The translations under genes were made by a program, and so were the position numbers. A DNA stretch of 64,000 bases, taken from an uncultured delta proteobacterium (lineage in GTDB: Bacteria; Desulfobacterota; Binatia; UBA9968). Numbering within the stretch: position 1 is the first letter of the stretch; every line of letters starts with the position of its first letter. Of this stretch, positions 1 through 10,817 are shown piece after piece. Under the pieces are notes generated by a model that saw nothing but the letters and a program-made list of their open reading frames with translations, was not told the origin of the DNA and made no database searches. Location of the stretch: the NCBI GenBank assembly GCA_963755715.1, contig CAVWLW010000076.1, forward strand, positions 32,001 to 96,000. The letters run 5' to 3'.

Positions 1-198
1 ATCACCGCATTTACATTCGCCTATTATGATGCCAACGGCAGCGCGGTTACTTCCTCGGGGAATAGCGGGAACATTCGCAAAGTGACTATTAACATTACCG
101 CGCGCACTGCGAAGCCCGATCCGAGTTATACCAGCAACAGCGGCTATCGCACCTACCAAATCAGTGCCGATATCACACCGCCGAACATGGCACTCTAA
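1..198 (+). CDS. C-terminal part of a PilW-like minor pilin (truncated by window start)
   Basis: Frame 1 reads ITAFTFAYYDANG...IRKVTINITART...ITPPNMAL* (TAA 196-198). It resembles the C-terminus of the PilW-like protein at 2928-3578 (FTFYD...IKRVKI) and lies directly before a PilX-like gene. Confidence 0.65.
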   Translation: MTAFTFAYYDANGSAVTSSGNSGNIRKVTINITARTAKPDPSYTSNSGYRTYQISADITPPNMAL

Positions 199-214
199 CG
201 AGGAGCGGTTTTTT

Positions 215-1363
215 ATGAACCTCATTTATTGGGTGCGTGCAAATCGTCTTGGCCAAAAATTGGATGACGAAAAAGGCCTCGTCCTGATCGCCGTTCTATG
301 TTTGTTGGCGGCCCTGGTTTTGGTCGGAACCACCGCTTTTATCGTGTCGTCAACGGATGTCAAAGTTGTCAGCAATTACAAGACCGGTCAAACCGCGCTT
401 CAGGTGGCGATGGCTGGCACGGAGAAAGCGCGTGAGGCGCTGCGGGCCGCCAACGCGTCCAGCACCAATACCTCCAACTTTAGCGAGGAACTTGCAGCTC
501 GCGTTGGCGCCAATGGGGTGCTCAACGGCTATACGTCTTCGACTGATGACTCGGCACTGGCGAGTTCTAGCACGTTGGTCAGCGGTTATACGTATAACGC
601 CTATTTGACGAACGACTCGAGTGAAGGTGCCTCCAGTACGACCGACAGTAACGGCAAAGTAGTGATTACCTCGGTAGCGACCGGACCGAACAATGCTAAG
701 GCGATTGTTACGACTACGGTCCAACTCTACACTTTTTCAACGAACAGTCCTGCCGTTGTTTATTCCAAAGACAACGTAACATTGAACGGCAGTGCGATCA
801 CTATCAACGGCAATGATGCCGGGACTTGCGGCGGTACCAATCTCTCTGCCGTCTACACAATGGACCCAGCGACGACTAACCCGAACGGCAGCCCAACGAT
901 CACGGGCGGCTATTCTCACGGAAATACAAACATCGATCTTCAAGCGTTGGTGGATCAATTAAAGGGCGGAGCTAACTATACTCTGACCGCGGACGTGTCG
1001 AATGGGACTTATGGCAGCGCGACCAACTACGTAACTGTTTACGCTGACGCGACGGGCACTCAAGCGGACCATGAACTCAGGCTGAATAACGTTACGGGGT
1101 ACGGCGTTCTCGTAGTCAAGGGCGATCTGCAGATGGCGGGCAATCTTGATTGGCATGGAGTGATCATTGTCACCGGAGTTATGACATCATCGGGCGGTGG
1201 GTCTAACTCGAAGAATATTCAAGGCCAAGTCTACGCGGGAAGTTCTTCGTTGGGCGACACTACCATCAGCGGCAACATCGACATGGGTTATAACAGTTGC
1301 GAAGTGAAGAAAGCTCTGTCGAGCCAGCCGTTAAAAGTTGTCAACTGGAAACAAAACTACTGA
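215..1363 (+). CDS. PilX-like type IV pilus assembly protein
   Basis: RBS AGGAG at 201 and ATG at 215. N-terminal EKG|LVLIAVL hydrophobic prepilin-like helix, then ALQVAMAG (PilX_N pattern) and a Gly/Asn/Thr-rich beta-rich C-terminus. Confidence 0.75.
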   Translation: MNLIYWVRANRLGQKLDDEKGLVLIAVLCLLAALVLVGTTAFIVSSTDVKVVSNYKTGQTALQVAMAGTEKAREALRAANASSTNTSNFSEELAARVGANGVLNGYTSSTDDSALASSSTLVSGYTYNAYLTNDSSEGASSTTDSNGKVVITSVATGPNNAKAIVTTTVQLYTFSTNSPAVVYSKDNVTLNGSAITINGNDAGTCGGTNLSAVYTMDPATTNPNGSPTITGGYSHGNTNIDLQALVDQLKGGANYTLTADVSNGTYGSATNYVTVYADATGTQADHELRLNNVTGYGVLVVKGDLQMAGNLDWHGVIIVTGVMTSSGGGSNSKNIQGQVYAGSSSLGDTTISGNIDMGYNSCEVKKALSSQPLKVVNWKQNY

Positions 1364-1914
1364 GTTCTAGACCTAAGAGCGGTTTCTATGATGTCGCCGA
1401 TTTCGTGAGTGTCGTTGAATTCGCGGCCATAGTCGACAAATAGTTTGCTGTCTTTTGAAAGCTTGTTCTTAAAAGCGGTAACTTGATTCAACAGCTCACG
1501 GATTTCGCCTGTTAACATTCCGTCCACTTCCTTCGACTTTTCTTTTAGCCGATTGAACTCGCCGACAATCGGATCGTCCGGTGCTTTCTCTTTCTTTGGC
1601 TCTTTAACTTTCTCGCTATCGGGCTCGTCAATCGATTTCATCGAGTCCGCTTGCGGTTTGTCGGTGGGCTCGCGGTCGGAGGCTGTTATGAGCCGCACAA
1701 CTTGTTCCGTTTTCTCAATCCTTGCTACAAAAGAGTTTTCGATTCCAAAAACCCCGTCGTAAGTCTCAAAGAGCACCTGTTTACCCTCGCGCCAATAGCG
1801 AGTTGTGACGTACTCGTTGCCGTTTTTGAGTTTGATAACATAGGCCCCATCGACCGTGCCGATGCCGGCACCACAGGCTATAAAAAACACTCCGTATGTT
1901 AAGGCCTTGCGCAT
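1357..1914 (-). CDS. hypothetical exported protein
   Basis: Signal-peptide-like start MRKALTYGVFFIAC..., a YVIKLKNG beta motif, a charged linker and a helical C-terminus. Start chosen at the Met 20 codons into the listed ORF. Confidence 0.6.
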   Translation of the reverse strand: MRKALTYGVFFIACGAGIGTVDGAYVIKLKNGNEYVTTRYWREGKQVLFETYDGVFGIENSFVARIEKTEQVVRLITASDREPTDKPQADSMKSIDEPDSEKVKEPKKEKAPDDPIVGEFNRLKEKSKEVDGMLTGEIRELLNQVTAFKNKLSKDSKLFVDYGREFNDTHEIGDIIETALRSRTQ

Positions 1915-2058
1915 TACGGCTCCAATACTGAAATATAATTGCATTCTATCATTTGGTCGGATTTTCGCCAAAGAGTATTTCTTCGGCCTTTGTCAACTTG
2001 TCCACTCTTGACACTGCCCAGTCAGTGGCAGTATGGTCCGCCTCTCTCGGAGGCAGCC

Positions 2059-2508
2059 ATGAAAAACGTCCGAATAGCCAGAGGCTTTTCAACTATCGAA
2101 CTGATCGTCGCGATGGGCATCATGGGCGCTGTTGCCGCGATCGCTCTGCCGAAATGGAACAACTGGCTGCCGACCTATGCGTTGAACAACTCTACACGAC
2201 AGATTCAATCCGAGCTTCACAACATCAAAATGCGCGCTGCGGCGGAAAACGTCGGCTTCCAGTTGGCATATCTGCAAGGCGCGAACGCTTACACGATTCA
2301 GCGTGATTCTAAGGCGCTGGTGTCAAAGCCAATCGCAGAGGGAACGACTATTACCAAGGATGGCACGATTTCATTTTCACCGCGCGGTACGGCGAGCGCG
2401 AATCGGGTACGCCTGCGCAATGCTGCAGGGGCGTGCCAACAAATCGTCGTCAGCGCGACCGGCAGAGTTAGGAGTTGCACGCCGAATTCCTGCGCCGAGG
2501 ATTGCTGA
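2059..2508 (+). CDS. FimT/GspH-like minor pilin
   Basis: RBS GGAGG then MKNVRIARG|FSTIELIV (prepilin cleavage site with E5); C-terminal ISFSPRG...IVVSATGRVR typical of FimT/GspH. Confidence 0.8.
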   Translation: MKNVRIARGFSTIELIVAMGIMGAVAAIALPKWNNWLPTYALNNSTRQIQSELHNIKMRAAAENVGFQLAYLQGANAYTIQRDSKALVSKPIAEGTTITKDGTISFSPRGTASANRVRLRNAAGACQQIVVSATGRVRSCTPNSCAEDC

Positions 2509-2517
2509 GAAAAGCCG

Positions 2518-2931
2518 ATGATAAGTCCGATGATTTTTGGTCGAGAGGACGGCTTTACGTTCAACGAGATTCTCGCCGCGATGAGCATCATGGTTGTGGC
2601 GGTGCTGGGTTATTCCCTGAGCAGCGTCGGTCTTATTCAGCGACAGACAACCAGCAGTAACTCGACCGTCGCTATTCACTTGGCGCAAGACAAACTCGAA
2701 GAGCTGCAAGCACGGCCCGCCCCTGCTGACGCCGATGTATGCCCGACCGGAGGCGATCATGGCATTTCGGCAAGACCCGGCGCCGCGGGTATTTTTGATC
2801 GATGTTGGCGTATTGCGGTATCGCCTCTGGGAGCGAGCCTTAAGCAAATCCACGTAACGGTTTTTTGGCGCGACATTGAGCCTCATGAGATTACGCTCTC
2901 GACGCTTATTTTTACCGGTGATGGATCATGA
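2518..2931 (+). CDS. PilV-like minor pilin
   Basis: EDG|FTFNEIL prepilin motif, LAQDKLEEL helix, LKQIHVTVFW C-terminal strand. Confidence 0.75.
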   Translation: MISPMIFGREDGFTFNEILAAMSIMVVAVLGYSLSSVGLIQRQTTSSNSTVAIHLAQDKLEELQARPAPADADVCPTGGDHGISARPGAAGIFDRCWRIAVSPLGASLKQIHVTVFWRDIEPHEITLSTLIFTGDGS

Positions 2932-3578
2932 ATTCTTGGTGCGGTGACAATCGCGGTGCGACGCTAATCGAGCAATTGATGTCGTTACTAATCGGATCCG
3001 GTCTGATTGTTTCGCTTTACGGCTATTTTCGCAGCGAGCTATACCAGGCACTTGTTCTTGAAACGCGAACCGCCACTCTCGAAGACGCTCGCGGCGCGTT
3101 AGATATCATGACTCGGGATCTGAAAGAGTCGGGTTCATGGGGAACCGGAAGCGCGCCTTTGGAAATCGGCGGTACCGACGACCCCAATCACGATGGCGAC
3201 ACAGTTTGTAACCGAGTCTACGCCGCGACTGCGGCCATGATCCACGTTCAGATGGATCTTAATGGTAATGGCAATTGCGCGGACACCACGCCGCGCGAAA
3301 ATATTCGCTACGAGTTGACCGGACCGACGGCGACCTGCTCGGGTCCCAACATCATTCGTCGTAACGGCGATTGCTTGGTAGCCAACGTGGTTCCCACGGT
3401 CCCGGGAAAAGTCTTCACATTCTATGACGCCAGTGGAACTGATCTTGGCAACACGCCGCCTTTGGAAGCGATCAAGCGAGTCAAAATCGCCTTCAGCGTG
3501 CAAGTCAAGCATCCCGATCCGAGAATTGGCGGAAACTTGACTTCGGCGCTTTCGACGAGTGTCGAGTTTCGCAACTAA
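2928..3578 (+). CDS. PilW-like minor pilin
   Basis: NRG|ATLIEQL prepilin motif, ARGALDIMTRDLKESG helix; ATGA overlap with the PilV-like gene. Confidence 0.75.
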   Translation: MNSWCGDNRGATLIEQLMSLLIGSGLIVSLYGYFRSELYQALVLETRTATLEDARGALDIMTRDLKESGSWGTGSAPLEIGGTDDPNHDGDTVCNRVYAATAAMIHVQMDLNGNGNCADTTPRENIRYELTGPTATCSGPNIIRRNGDCLVANVVPTVPGKVFTFYDASGTDLGNTPPLEAIKRVKIAFSVQVKHPDPRIGGNLTSALSTSVEFRN

Positions 3579-4763
3579 TGTTTATCGTCATGAAAATCAC
3601 AGACGACCCGCTGCGCAATTCTCGCGGGATAGTTTTAATGAGCGCTCTCACAATTCTCTCGGTTCTGTTGGCGGTCGGTATCGGCATCCGTGTGATGCTG
3701 AAAAACGATTATCAAGTAGTAGCCAATCTTCGCGGCGGAACCGAAGCTTTTTACTATTCGGCTGCAGGGATCGAATGGAGCAAAAACGAGGTCGCCAGCA
3801 CGGCTGCTTTTCCTCCCGTTCCGGCAAACCAAATGAAGTCCTTCGCGGCAGGCGCTTTCGCTGTTTCATTCCTACACCCCGTTTTGGTCGGACCGCTGAC
3901 AGCGCGAGTCGCGGCCCGTTCTGTCGGCACTATCGGTCCGTCTTCCCATGTGCTCGAAGCTCTCTTGACGAAAACCTACGATCTTGCCGACGGCGCGTTG
4001 GCGCTCCGGGGCGCCGCCGCGCGTATGAATATCAGCGGCAGCGGCCTGTTTATTTCCGGAACGGACCACGATCCGGCAAACGGCAATCCTCTGACCGCGG
4101 CCAAATCACGGAGCGCGATCTCAGTGTCTGACTCGACAATGAATGACTTGGTCATGGGAGCGCTCGGAAATCCCCCGCCAGTCGGGATCCTAGATAGCGC
4201 AAACGACGTCCAGGCTGTGGCGCTCAGTGACTATCTATCCGGCACTGCCATTACGCAGTTGGCCAATGATCTTTGCGCGGCTCCCGGTGCATTGGTGCAT
4301 TCGGTGCCGAGCGAGGGGACTTTAGCTTTTGAGAATCAAGTTTGGGGATCTCAAGCTACGCCGCAGCTCCATTGCATCGAAGGGCAGCCGACTGGCGGCG
4401 ATGGAGCAAGCTTTACAGGGAACAACAGTGGCGTTGGTATACTAGTCGTCAAGAACGCCGATTTGATCCTGAACGGCGGGTTTCATTGGGATGGGCTCGT
4501 CATCGTTTCCGGCCAAGAAGTCGGTCTCAAAGGTTTTCGGATCGAGCAGCAAAGAAGTGATGGGGGCGACCTTGATAAATGAGACCGGCGCGCCAGGAAG
4601 CGCTACGGCAATTTTCGATATTCAGGGGAATTTGCGTTTACTTTTCAGTCGCCAAGCTCTGCGCCGAGCATCCGTTTTAATCCCGAGCGTTGCGCTCAGC
4701 CAGGCCTATACGGCATTGCCGTCGTATGTTTTGCAGGATTATTGGCGCACCGTCACCCCATAG
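3578..4763 (+). CDS. PilX-like pilus assembly protein (one frameshift near 4535)
   Basis: SRG|IVLMSAL hydrophobic N-terminus and AFYYSAAGIE PilX_N pattern. The C-terminal GILVV...FHWDGLVIV segment resembles the protein at 215-1363 and continues in ORF 4491-4763 (…YVLQDYWRTVTP). Confidence 0.7.
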
Positions 4764-4964
4764 AAGCGACTGCGTTACTTTTAATTTACAATGACCCCGC
4801 AAGATGTTAAATTATTAATCTACAACGATTTGGCAACCTAAAGAACCCTTTGTGAATCAGCGCTTTGAGACGGAACAGCCGCCCGTGTTTTCGACGGCTT
4901 TATAGTCCCGGCGAGACCGGGTTACGGACGAGCAATTATGGAACAGGTGGGAGAGGGAGTTAGC

Positions 4965-5348
4965 ATGGAAATAAAAAAGACCATAATGGTCGTCGACGAT
5001 AATCCCGATATCATTACGATCGTCAAAACCATTCTGGAAGGTCGTGGCTACACTGTTTTTAGCGCCGCCAGCGGCCCCGAATTGTTAAACATGCTGCCCA
5101 ATCAGAAGCCCGACCTGATTATTTTGGATATCATGATGCCTGAAATGGACGGTTTGGAAGTGCTCACTCGGCTAAAAGGCAAAAGTGAAACTGCCACGAT
5201 TCCGGTGATACTGTTGACGGCCAAGGTACAGTATGAAGATGTCTTGGGCGGTTACAAGCTAGGCGCCGACTATTACATCACCAAACCGTTCACGAGCACT
5301 CAGTTGGTCAACGGCATCAACTTGCTATTGGGCGAAGGCAAAGCTTGA
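4965..5348 (+). CDS. single-domain response regulator (CheY-like receiver)
   Basis: IMVVDD, PDLIILDIMMPEMDG, ILLTA and YITKPF receiver motifs. Confidence 0.9.
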   Translation: MEIKKTIMVVDDNPDIITIVKTILEGRGYTVFSAASGPELLNMLPNQKPDLIILDIMMPEMDGLEVLTRLKGKSETATIPVILLTAKVQYEDVLGGYKLGADYYITKPFTSTQLVNGINLLLGEGKA

Positions 5349-5451
5349 ATTGTTTGTCTTAGCCTGATCGGATCGCTGTCCGCCCCTTCCGTTGTCGCTA
5401 CTCGGTTGTGCTGTTTGCATCTTCCCGTCGTTTTCTCCATTCTTCTTATTG

Positions 5452-6096
5452 ATGGTTCGCTTGATTACGTTCGAGGGTGGGGACGGCACCGGCAAGAGCA
5501 CCCAAGTCCACGCCCTAAAGAGCTATCTTGGAAAAACCGGCCGCTCTTGCATTGTGACGCGGGAACCGGGAGGCACGGCGCTCGGTACTTCGATTCGCAA
5601 GGTTCTTTTGGAAGTAGGCGAACACGCAATCGCGTCGTCGACCGAATTGTTCTTGTACCTCGCGGACCGATCGCAGCATGTGCATGAAATCATCCTGCCG
5701 GCCATCGGCGCGGGCAAGATCGTGTTGTGCGATCGCTTTACGGATTCCACATTGGCTTATCAGGGATACGGCCGGGGGCTCGATCTTGCCCGGCTGCGTC
5801 AGCTGAACGATATGGCGAGTGGAGAAACTCGTCCCGATTTGACGTTTCTATTGGATTGTCCCGTCGAGTTCGGTCTGGCTCGCACGGCTCTGCGGCGCGC
5901 GCAATTTGCAACCGGTGCCGGCCAAGAAGATCGCTTCGAGCGGGAAGAAATCGACTTTCATCAAAAAATTCGCGCGGGATTTCTCGAACTGGCGCGCGCC
6001 GAACCGAGACGATTTCGCGTGATCGATGCGAGCCAACCCATCGAAGAGGTCTCAGCGGCCATCCGGCGCATCATAGATCAGGAACTTCTCCAATGA
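5452..6096 (+). CDS. tmk: thymidylate kinase
   Basis: ITFEGGDGTGKST P-loop, TREPGG, CDRFTDSTLAYQG. Confidence 0.95.
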   Translation: MVRLITFEGGDGTGKSTQVHALKSYLGKTGRSCIVTREPGGTALGTSIRKVLLEVGEHAIASSTELFLYLADRSQHVHEIILPAIGAGKIVLCDRFTDSTLAYQGYGRGLDLARLRQLNDMASGETRPDLTFLLDCPVEFGLARTALRRAQFATGAGQEDRFEREEIDFHQKIRAGFLELARAEPRRFRVIDASQPIEEVSAAIRRIIDQELLQ

Positions 6097-7082
6097 GCTT
6101 TGCCGATATCGTCGGTCATCAAAAACAGCTTGCGACTCTGCGCGCCGCGTGGGCGGGTGGGCGGCTGCATCACGCCTATCTGTTTCTTGGGCCCGAGGGC
6201 GTGGGCAAACACACTATCGCAATCGCGCTTGCCAAGGCGATTCACTGTCAAGCGAACGCCGACGATTTCTGCGGCCAGTGCGTCAACTGCGCGCGCATTG
6301 CGGATGGCAATCATCCCGATGTGCGCGCCCTTGAGCCGCTCGCCGACAAGAAGGAAATCAGCATCCAGCAAATTCGCGAAATCGAGCGCGAGCTCAACTA
6401 TCGATCGTTCACCGGCAAGCGAAAAATCGTGATCATCGATCCGGCGATCCTGCTGAACGCCGCGGCGCAAAATGCTTTGCTGAAAACCCTTGAAGAACCG
6501 CCGCAGGAATCATTGATTATTTTGATTGCGCCCACTGCCGGCGGACTTTTGCCGACCCTGCGCTCGCGCTGTTTGCGGCTCAGTTTCGCGCCCCTGTCGC
6601 GCCCAGAAGTAGCCGCCTATCTGCAAAGGCAGCATAGAAAGAGCGCCGAAGAAGCGGCGTTTCTCGCCGCCATGAGCATGGGCAGCATCGGCGTCGCCCT
6701 CGCATTAGATAAGGATGCATTGACGGAGACGAGACGGGCCTGGATCGACAGGCTCGGCGCGCTCAAGGTGGGTGATTTCCAGTCGGCGATGACGGCCGCC
6801 GAGGCGCTGGCGGGAAATCGTGAAGAGACGCTTAGATTTATCAAGTGGGCGGAAAGCTGGTATCGAGATCTATTGATTTCCAGGATGACGAGCCGGCCGG
6901 ACGACCTAGTGAATTTGGATATGCGAGCGCAAGTCGAACAACAAGCGGCGCAAATGAGCGTGGACGGAATCTGCGCGGCGATGGCCAACGCCGTCGACGC
7001 TGGAGTAGGAGTTCAGCGCAACTTGAACCGGCGTATGCTGCTGGAGAAACTCCTGTTTGGCGTGGTGGGAGAACGGCGATGA
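6093..7082 (+). CDS. holB: DNA polymerase III subunit delta'
   Basis: HAYLFLGPEGVGK, Zn-binding C..CGQCVNC, NHPD, QNALLKTLEEPP, TLRSRC; ATGA overlap with tmk. Confidence 0.95.
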   Translation: MSFADIVGHQKQLATLRAAWAGGRLHHAYLFLGPEGVGKHTIAIALAKAIHCQANADDFCGQCVNCARIADGNHPDVRALEPLADKKEISIQQIREIERELNYRSFTGKRKIVIIDPAILLNAAAQNALLKTLEEPPQESLIILIAPTAGGLLPTLRSRCLRLSFAPLSRPEVAAYLQRQHRKSAEEAAFLAAMSMGSIGVALALDKDALTETRRAWIDRLGALKVGDFQSAMTAAEALAGNREETLRFIKWAESWYRDLLISRMTSRPDDLVNLDMRAQVEQQAAQMSVDGICAAMANAVDAGVGVQRNLNRRMLLEKLLFGVVGERR

Positions 7083-8611
7083 ACAAAATCTACATCACGA
7101 CGCCGATCTACTATGTCAATGCCGAGCCGCACCTCGGCCACACTTATACGACCGTGGTGGCGGATACGTTGAAGCGCTATTACTGCGCGAACGGCTACGA
7201 CGCCTTTTTGCTCACCGGCACGGACGAGCACGGCGATAAGATTGCCCAAGCGGCTGCCGCCAATGGCACCAGCCCCAAGGAGTACGCGGATCGAATCAGC
7301 GGCTTGTTTCGTTCCACGTGGGATACTTGCGGCATCGCCTACGATCATTTTATTCGCACCACCGACGCTTACCACAAGGAATATGTGCAAAGCGTGCTCC
7401 AGAAGATTTATGACGCAGGCGATATTTATTTCGGCGAATACAGCGGCTTTTACTGCTACGGCTGCGAGCGGTTCTACACCGAGAAGGAGCTGGTCGACGG
7501 CAAATGTCCGGATCATCAAACGACGCCGGATTACATCAGCGAAAAGAATTATTTTTTTCGCATGAGCAAGTACCAGCAGCAACTTATTGAGGCGATTCAG
7601 AGCAAACCGGATCTCATTCGGCCCGAACGTTATCGCACCGAAGTCTTGGCTTTTCTACGCGAGCCCCTCGAAGATCTATGTATTTCACGCCCGACCAGCC
7701 GTTTGCAGTGGGGCATCTCGATGCCCTTCGACGATAATTATGTCACCTACGTCTGGTTCGATGCCTTGCTCAATTACGTGAGCGCCTTGCAGCACCGCGG
7801 CGCGGATTCCCTATCATCTTTTTGGCCGAAGGCACAGCATCTGATCGCTAAGGATATCTTGAAGCCGCATGCGATCTATTGGCCGACGATGCTGATGGCC
7901 GCGGGCCTGCCGCTTTACGATCACTTAAACGTCCACGGCTACTGGGTGATGGATTCCGGCAAGATGTCCAAAAGCTTGGGCAACGTGATTCGTCCGCTGG
8001 AGATGAAAGCGCGCTTCGGCATGGATGCGTTTCGCTATTTTCTGCTGCGTGAGATGGCTTTCGGTCAGGACGCAAAGTTTTCCGAGGAGGCTTTGATCAC
8101 TCGGATCAACGCCGATCTGGCGAACAATTTGGGCAACCTGGTGAGCCGCGTGTTGGCGATGCAGCAAAAATATTTCGCCGGCGTGGTTCAGCCGTTAGGT
8201 TCCGAGTGGGCTGCGGAAGATGTCGAGCTGCGGGACAAGTTTATTCAGGCTGAAAACGACCTGAATAGCTACGTTGCGGAGCTACAATTCCATCGCGCTT
8301 TGGAGTCCGTCTGGTCGGCGCTCGATCATGCGAATCGCTACATCGTCCAGACTGCGCCGTTCACGATGATCAAAGATCCAGAAAAGCAAGCTCGCGTCGG
8401 CGAAGTGTTGCATCATTTGCTCGAAGTGGTGCGAACTCTGTCGCGTTTGCTCGCGCCGTTCATGCCGGACACGGCGCGCGAGTTGAGCGCGCTGCTGGCG
8501 TTGAGCGACGATGCCTTGAAAATGCCTTGGGGTCAGGGATTTGCTGCCGGTCATACGGTCAATGCGCCTAAGGTTTTGTTTCCGCGCATCGAGACTGAAG
8601 CCAAGAAATAG
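7079..8611 (+). CDS. metG: methionine--tRNA ligase (short form lacking the C-terminal tRNA-binding domain)
   Basis: YITTPIYYVN, HLGH, YVWFDAL, KMSKS motifs. Confidence 0.95.
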   Translation: MNKIYITTPIYYVNAEPHLGHTYTTVVADTLKRYYCANGYDAFLLTGTDEHGDKIAQAAAANGTSPKEYADRISGLFRSTWDTCGIAYDHFIRTTDAYHKEYVQSVLQKIYDAGDIYFGEYSGFYCYGCERFYTEKELVDGKCPDHQTTPDYISEKNYFFRMSKYQQQLIEAIQSKPDLIRPERYRTEVLAFLREPLEDLCISRPTSRLQWGISMPFDDNYVTYVWFDALLNYVSALQHRGADSLSSFWPKAQHLIAKDILKPHAIYWPTMLMAAGLPLYDHLNVHGYWVMDSGKMSKSLGNVIRPLEMKARFGMDAFRYFLLREMAFGQDAKFSEEALITRINADLANNLGNLVSRVLAMQQKYFAGVVQPLGSEWAAEDVELRDKFIQAENDLNSYVAELQFHRALESVWSALDHANRYIVQTAPFTMIKDPEKQARVGEVLHHLLEVVRTLSRLLAPFMPDTARELSALLALSDDALKMPWGQGFAAGHTVNAPKVLFPRIETEAKK

Positions 8612-8626
8612 CTTTCTGCCAGAGTC

Positions 8627-9398
8627 ATGTTGATCGACAGCCATGCTCATATCCAGGGCAAGGAATACGCGGGCGAAGCGCGAAGCGGTGATCGAACGCG
8701 CGCGCGCCGCGGGCGTCGAGAAAATCATCGCGGTCGGCGGCGCCGGTGACATGTCCAGCAATACCGAGGCGGTGGCTTTAGCCGATTCGTTTCCGAACAT
8801 TTATGCCACGGTCGGTATGCATCCGCACGATGCCAAGGATGTCGGCGCGGACGAGCTGCGCGCACTGCGTGAATTGACATCGCACGCCAAAGTAATCGCC
8901 GTTGGTGAGACCGGGCTCGATTACTACTACAATCATTCACCGCACGAGGTGCAGCGCCGCGTGTTCACCCAATTCATTCACATGGCGCGCGAGACTGGCT
9001 TGCCGATTGTGGTTCACGAACGCGACGCGGCACAGGAAGTTGCTGAATTACTGCGCAGCGAAGGCGGACGGGAATTGCACGGTGTCATTCATTGCTTCAC
9101 GGGTAATTATGAAGCGGCCTCGGCTTATCTCGATCTAGGATTCTACATTTCCTTTACGGGCATCATCACGTTCAAAAACGCCGAACCGTTAAGGCAAGTA
9201 GTCCGACAAGTGCCGTTAGAAAAAATGTTCGTTGAAACCGACTCGCCATTTCTCACTCCGGTGCCGCACCGCGGTAAGCGCAATGAACCGGCGTACGTGC
9301 GCCTGGTAGCTGAAACAGTAGCGAGTGTCAAAAACATTTCATTGGAAGACGTTGCCAGGGTTACCACCGAGAACGTGCAAAATCTTTTCAAGATTTAG
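8627..9398 (+). CDS. tatD: TatD family deoxyribonuclease (frameshift near 8680)
   Basis: ATG 8627 gives MLIDSHAH. The rest (GMHPH, GETGLDY, IHCF, ETDSPFL) is in the frame of ORF 8643-9398. Confidence 0.9.
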
Positions 9399-9484
9399 TT
9401 ATTAATTGACGCTTTGTTCGAATGCTTCAGCCGCTGCAACATCCGAGCTTCATTCAATTCCGGCGAGAAATTTTACGGCAATGT

Positions 9485-10159
9485 TTAACGTTTCTCGCTC
9501 CAGCGAATGCCATTTGGCTGCACAAAGGAGAGCGACGAGATGTGGCGCGTGCGGTTAAACTTTTCCTCGCCGCTGCCGCCGGGCTTCTCATCGAAGTAGG
9601 TGATTTCCAATACGTAGCGCCCGGCCCACGGCGTCGGCAGTGTGATCCGGCCTTGGTCGTCGGTCACAAGAGGTTTTTCCCACTTGGACGGACCGATGAT
9701 CGTGAGCTCGGCTTTGGCCAACGGCGCGGCGAAAAATAACAGAACAAAAGTTTTGCCATTGACTTGCGTGGGCACCAACTCCAGGTCGAGCTTGGCGGCG
9801 GTTTCCGATCGCCCGGCCTTGGCGTAGTAAATCGTTTTAGTGACGCCGCCTTTTTCCTTGTCCTCGCGCGGCGGAACGCTGCTGTCCACGAAACGCACGT
9901 CGCCGCGGCCTTTGACGGCAAACTCCAAATTGTTTTCGTTCCTCTTGACCGGCAGCGGCTCGTCGCTTGCGCCGAGAAAAACCCGCGGCGTTTTGAACCG
10001 GTCAAGGAGACCGCCGGTTTTTTCTCGGATGTCGTCGATCCATTCGCCGAAGTAGGCGCGCGCCGGGCCGTCGCCGTCGCGTTCGAGCCAAACAAAATGG
10101 GCGTGCGCCGTATCGATCAGCGCCAAGATGAGTATCGCGATATTGATCAATCGTAACAT
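9485..10159 (-). CDS. DUF4198-family exported protein
   Basis: Signal peptide ending AHA|HFVWLE, FGEW motif, LELVP and TDDQGRITLP…GRYVLE motifs typical of this family, which is often found in metal-uptake loci. Confidence 0.65.
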   Translation of the reverse strand: MLRLINIAILILALIDTAHAHFVWLERDGDGPARAYFGEWIDDIREKTGGLLDRFKTPRVFLGASDEPLPVKRNENNLEFAVKGRGDVRFVDSSVPPREDKEKGGVTKTIYYAKAGRSETAAKLDLELVPTQVNGKTFVLLFFAAPLAKAELTIIGPSKWEKPLVTDDQGRITLPTPWAGRYVLEITYFDEKPGGSGEEKFNRTRHISSLSFVQPNGIRWSEKR

Positions 10160-10173
10160 TGGCGTTCTCCTTT

Positions 10174-10817
10174 TCACGCCGATATAGCCGTGAAACTCTG
10201 CTGCTGCAAGTTTACCAGCACGCCGTTGATCCAAGCTGCGGCGGCCCGGTTATAATCGGCGTCGCAATCGACGCGCGGATAAAACCGCGTGGCGCCGTGG
10301 CGCTCCAGCGCGGCGTCGAAGTCGCGGCCGCACTTGCAGAAGTGATCGTAAGTCGTGTTGCCGAGGGCGAGCACGGAAAATCTAACGCCGCGAAGATCGA
10401 GGCCGTTGCCGTGCACTACTGCTTGCCAAAACGGCGCGGCGTCGTCGGGTGGTTCGCCATCGCCGTAGGTACTTGCCACGACCAGCAGGTAGTTCGCTTG
10501 GGTGAGCACGTTCGGTTGGCAATGCGCCATGTCGCGGACACGCGCGGTTAAACCGGTTGGGCGCAGCGCGTCAGCCAGTTTTTTCGCTAGCGTCTCCGAG
10601 TTGCCGGTCACGGTGCCATAAAGAATCAACACCGACTCGCCGTTGGACGCCGCGGCAGCGTGCTCGCGCGCGAGATCCTGCACCGCGTGGGCGTGGCCGT
10701 TGGCGCCGTCGGACTCGATGGATTTGCGCTTCGCTCGATGGATGCGCGAGCGCCGCATCGACAGCTCTCGGTCTGGTGTGGGTTAAGAAAATTGCTTTGA
10801 TCGGTATTTGCATTCAT
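10174..10817 (-). CDS. flavodoxin domain (CysJ-type), probably the C-terminal part of a PepSY-flavodoxin fusion or a separate gene; frameshift near 10760
   Basis: ILYGTVTGNSE, VASTYGDGEPPD and ALGNTTYDHFC are FMN-binding flavodoxin motifs. Confidence 0.75.

Noticed and set aside
4880-4930. yybP-ykoY riboswitch suggested by GGCGAGACC
   Set aside because: The 5' GGGGAGTAG element is missing and the downstream gene is not a metal transporter.
5727-7078. Long N-terminal extensions of HolB and MetG in the ORF track
   Set aside because: They overlap tmk and holB. The real starts are the ATGA-overlap codons at 6093 and 7079.
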